A stretch of 64,000 nt of DNA from an uncultured delta proteobacterium (lineage in GTDB: Bacteria; Desulfobacterota; Desulfobacteria; Desulfobacterales; SG8-13): positions 124,001-188,000 of the forward strand of contig CAWKCK010000003.1 in NCBI GenBank assembly GCA_963848135.1, written 5' to 3'. Positions 61,960 to 64,000 of the stretch are shown here, piece after piece. The notes beneath the pieces are model-generated. The model ran no database searches, had not been told where the DNA came from, and was given only the letters and a program-made list of their open reading frames with translations. Made by a program: the position numbers and the translations under genes. Positions within the stretch are counted from its first letter, which is position 1; every line of letters starts with the position of its first letter.

Positions 61960-63525
61960 TTAGAAGAAAACCAGGGTGACAATCACAAAGCTGGGTATCA
62001 AAAAGATGAGGCTGTATCGGAGAATGTATCCGAAAAAGCTTGGCATCGGTGTTCCAGCCTCTTCCGCTATGGACCGCACCATGAAGTTGGGCGCATTTCC
62101 GATGTAGCTGCAGGCTCCGAAAAAGACTGCACCGGCAGAAATCGCTTTTAAATACAGCGCTTTCTCAGTCATTAATAGCGGGACCGCATCAGCTTCCGCC
62201 ATCCCGGAGAAAAAACTACCGAGGGCCGTGTTAAAAAAAGTAAGATAGGTGGGGGCATTGTCCAGAAAAGCCGACAGGGTGCCGGTCACCCAGAAATAAT
62301 GGGCCGGCTGTTTGACGCCGGCGATCAGAACCGCCAGAGCCCCTTGCGAGCCGGCTTTGAGAATGAGCAGGCACGGAATCATCGTGATGAAAATTCCGAT
62401 AAAGAGGTAGGCGACCTCGATGATGGGAAACCAGGTAAAATCGTTATCCTCCCGAATCGTTATTGATGTCGTTACCAACGACAGAATTCCCATGCCAATC
62501 AACAGCCCATCTCGCACCCAATCCTGAACCGCACGATGAATGCCGAAGGTTGTGACCTCCCCCCAATCCACAATACCGCTCATCAAAACAGATATGACAA
62601 CACCTGCAAGAAATATGAAATTATGGATGCCCACCAACTTCAGGGGTTCTTTAACACCGTCGTCGGGAGCCTTGGCTCCCTCCTTACGATAATAATAGGT
62701 ATCTAACAGAAAGTAGATCAATAGAAGCAGAATCGATGCCACCAGCATGTGCGGTAGGATGTTGAACGTCCAGAAAAACGAAACGCCATGCAGAAATCCC
62801 AGAAAAAGGGGGGGATCTCCAAGTGGCGTCAACGATCCGCCTATATTGGCAACCAGGAAAATGAAGAATACAACCATGAATGTCCGATTTTTACGATGGG
62901 AATTGGCTCGCAGAAACGGCCGGATCAATAGCATGGCCGCCCCAGTGGTGCCCATCCAGGACGCCAACAGGGTACCGATTAACAAAATGGCCGTATTGAG
63001 AACCGGTGTGCCGCGCAATGTACCGCGCAGGAGAATGCCACCCGATACGGTATAGAGCGACCACAGCAGTATGATGAAAGGCACGTAATCAGCCAGAATG
63101 ATATGCAGGATTTCATATACGGCAAGTCCTCGAAAGGCCACAAGAAAGGGAATGCCGAGGGTGGCCGCCCAAAATGCGGAGACCTTGCCGAAGTGGTGGT
63201 GCCAGAAATCAGGGGCCAGCAGGGGAAATAAGGCGATCGACAGCAGCATGCCAGCAAAGGGAATACAGCTCCAGAGGGGCAAGACTTCGCCCAGGTTGTC
63301 ATGACCATGGCCACCGTCATTCACGGAGGAGCCGGTCGCGGTCTCTTCTGTGTGGCCGGAGCCAGAATTGGTGGCCGCATGAGCGGTCGCCGACAGCCAG
63401 CCTCCTTCATCTGTCGTACGGGCAACGGCTACAGCTTCAGCTTCATGCCCGTCAGTACCCGCTGTTGCTAAAGATACCGAGAGGATCATGATGAAAACGG
63501 CCATCACCTGTATCACCAATTTCAT
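61960..63525 (-). CDS. Ion transporter (IT) superfamily protein, putative Na+:H+ antiporter or carboxylate transporter
   Basis: ANIGGSLTPLGDPP, SAFLDNAPTY, YIGNAPNF, many TM segments; signal-like and His-containing N-terminal extension. Confidence 0.85.
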   Translation of the reverse strand: MKLVIQVMAVFIMILSVSLATAGTDGHEAEAVAVARTTDEGGWLSATAHAATNSGSGHTEETATGSSVNDGGHGHDNLGEVLPLWSCIPFAGMLLSIALFPLLAPDFWHHHFGKVSAFWAATLGIPFLVAFRGLAVYEILHIILADYVPFIILLWSLYTVSGGILLRGTLRGTPVLNTAILLIGTLLASWMGTTGAAMLLIRPFLRANSHRKNRTFMVVFFIFLVANIGGSLTPLGDPPLFLGFLHGVSFFWTFNILPHMLVASILLLLIYFLLDTYYYRKEGAKAPDDGVKEPLKLVGIHNFIFLAGVVISVLMSGIVDWGEVTTFGIHRAVQDWVRDGLLIGMGILSLVTTSITIREDNDFTWFPIIEVAYLFIGIFITMIPCLLILKAGSQGALAVLIAGVKQPAHYFWVTGTLSAFLDNAPTYLTFFNTALGSFFSGMAEADAVPLLMTEKALYLKAISAGAVFFGACSYIGNAPNFMVRSIAEEAGTPMPSFFGYILRYSLIFLIPSFVIVTLVFF

Positions 63526-64000
63526 CGCCTGCTCCCTTCCAGCAGTTGGATTCGTGTATTTTTTTGTCAAGTTTATGACCCTGAGGGAAGTGACTCTTTG
63601 CCAATGCCGTTTTGGGTAATATTAATTCGCGACCCGTCAGTCCCCATTGTTTGGAAACGAATGAAATTATCGTATTCGCGCAGTTACCCTGAAACTATAG
63701 ATAGAACACCCCCATGCGTGACCCGCCTGACAGACACAATCGAATGGTGTCAGAAAAGACAAGCCGAACATGCAATTTACCGTGCAGGTCCAAAACGGCC
63801 GGAGTCGAATCTCCTCCTTCTTTTGTAAGTGCCTCCTGTATGCTGTTCAAGAATGGCACCGTTCTCTTCAACGGAATCGGCGCGGCCGATTCCGGCCCCC
63901 AGATTCACCAGATAAACAAAGACATGTCAAGTAAATAAAGATGGTTGCCGCATAAACCATTGCTCGGGTATATATGGGGCAGGGGGCCAACTCGTCGGGC

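Noticed and set aside
57864..62151. Long plus-strand ORFs 57864-58844 and 61174-62151
   Set aside because: Antisense to the histidine kinase and USP genes; expected codon-bias shadows
63800..63818. TTCGA T-loop-like hairpin suggesting a tRNA
   Set aside because: No cloverleaf or acceptor stem around it
1..64000. CRISPR arrays, rRNA/tRNA genes, transposases, prophage or defence systems
   Set aside because: None seen by eye; no regularly spaced repeats or hallmark proteins

Overview
Gene-dense bacterial chromosomal segment, most likely from a sulfate-reducing Desulfobacterota member (Desulfobacterales-like; inferred from gene content and protein style only). It holds about 55 CDSs. Left part: GntR, AEC transporter and BKACE; a ProU betaine ABC transporter with a CosR/EctR-like MarR; a Dpp/Opp peptide ABC operon. 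Middle: sodC, msrAB, an ECF sigma/ZAS anti-sigma/DUF3106 operon, a PAS-GGDEF cyclase, an RsmG-TrmH fusion, ettA and an ADP-forming acyl-CoA ligase. Right part: an F0-only ATP synthase operon and a transporter-USP-two-component cluster. I saw no rRNA, tRNA, CRISPR array or transposase. Two observations stand out. (1) The F0 operon encodes a normal Na+-type c subunit and also a 324-aa protein of four fused c hairpins in which only the first keeps the ion-binding Glu, predicting a hybrid rotor. (2) A ~215-nt, heavily base-paired, possibly pseudoknotted RNA element lies in the leader of a GatB/YqeY-domain gene. Six conserved genes carry seven frameshifts that look like single-base indels, most likely assembly errors.
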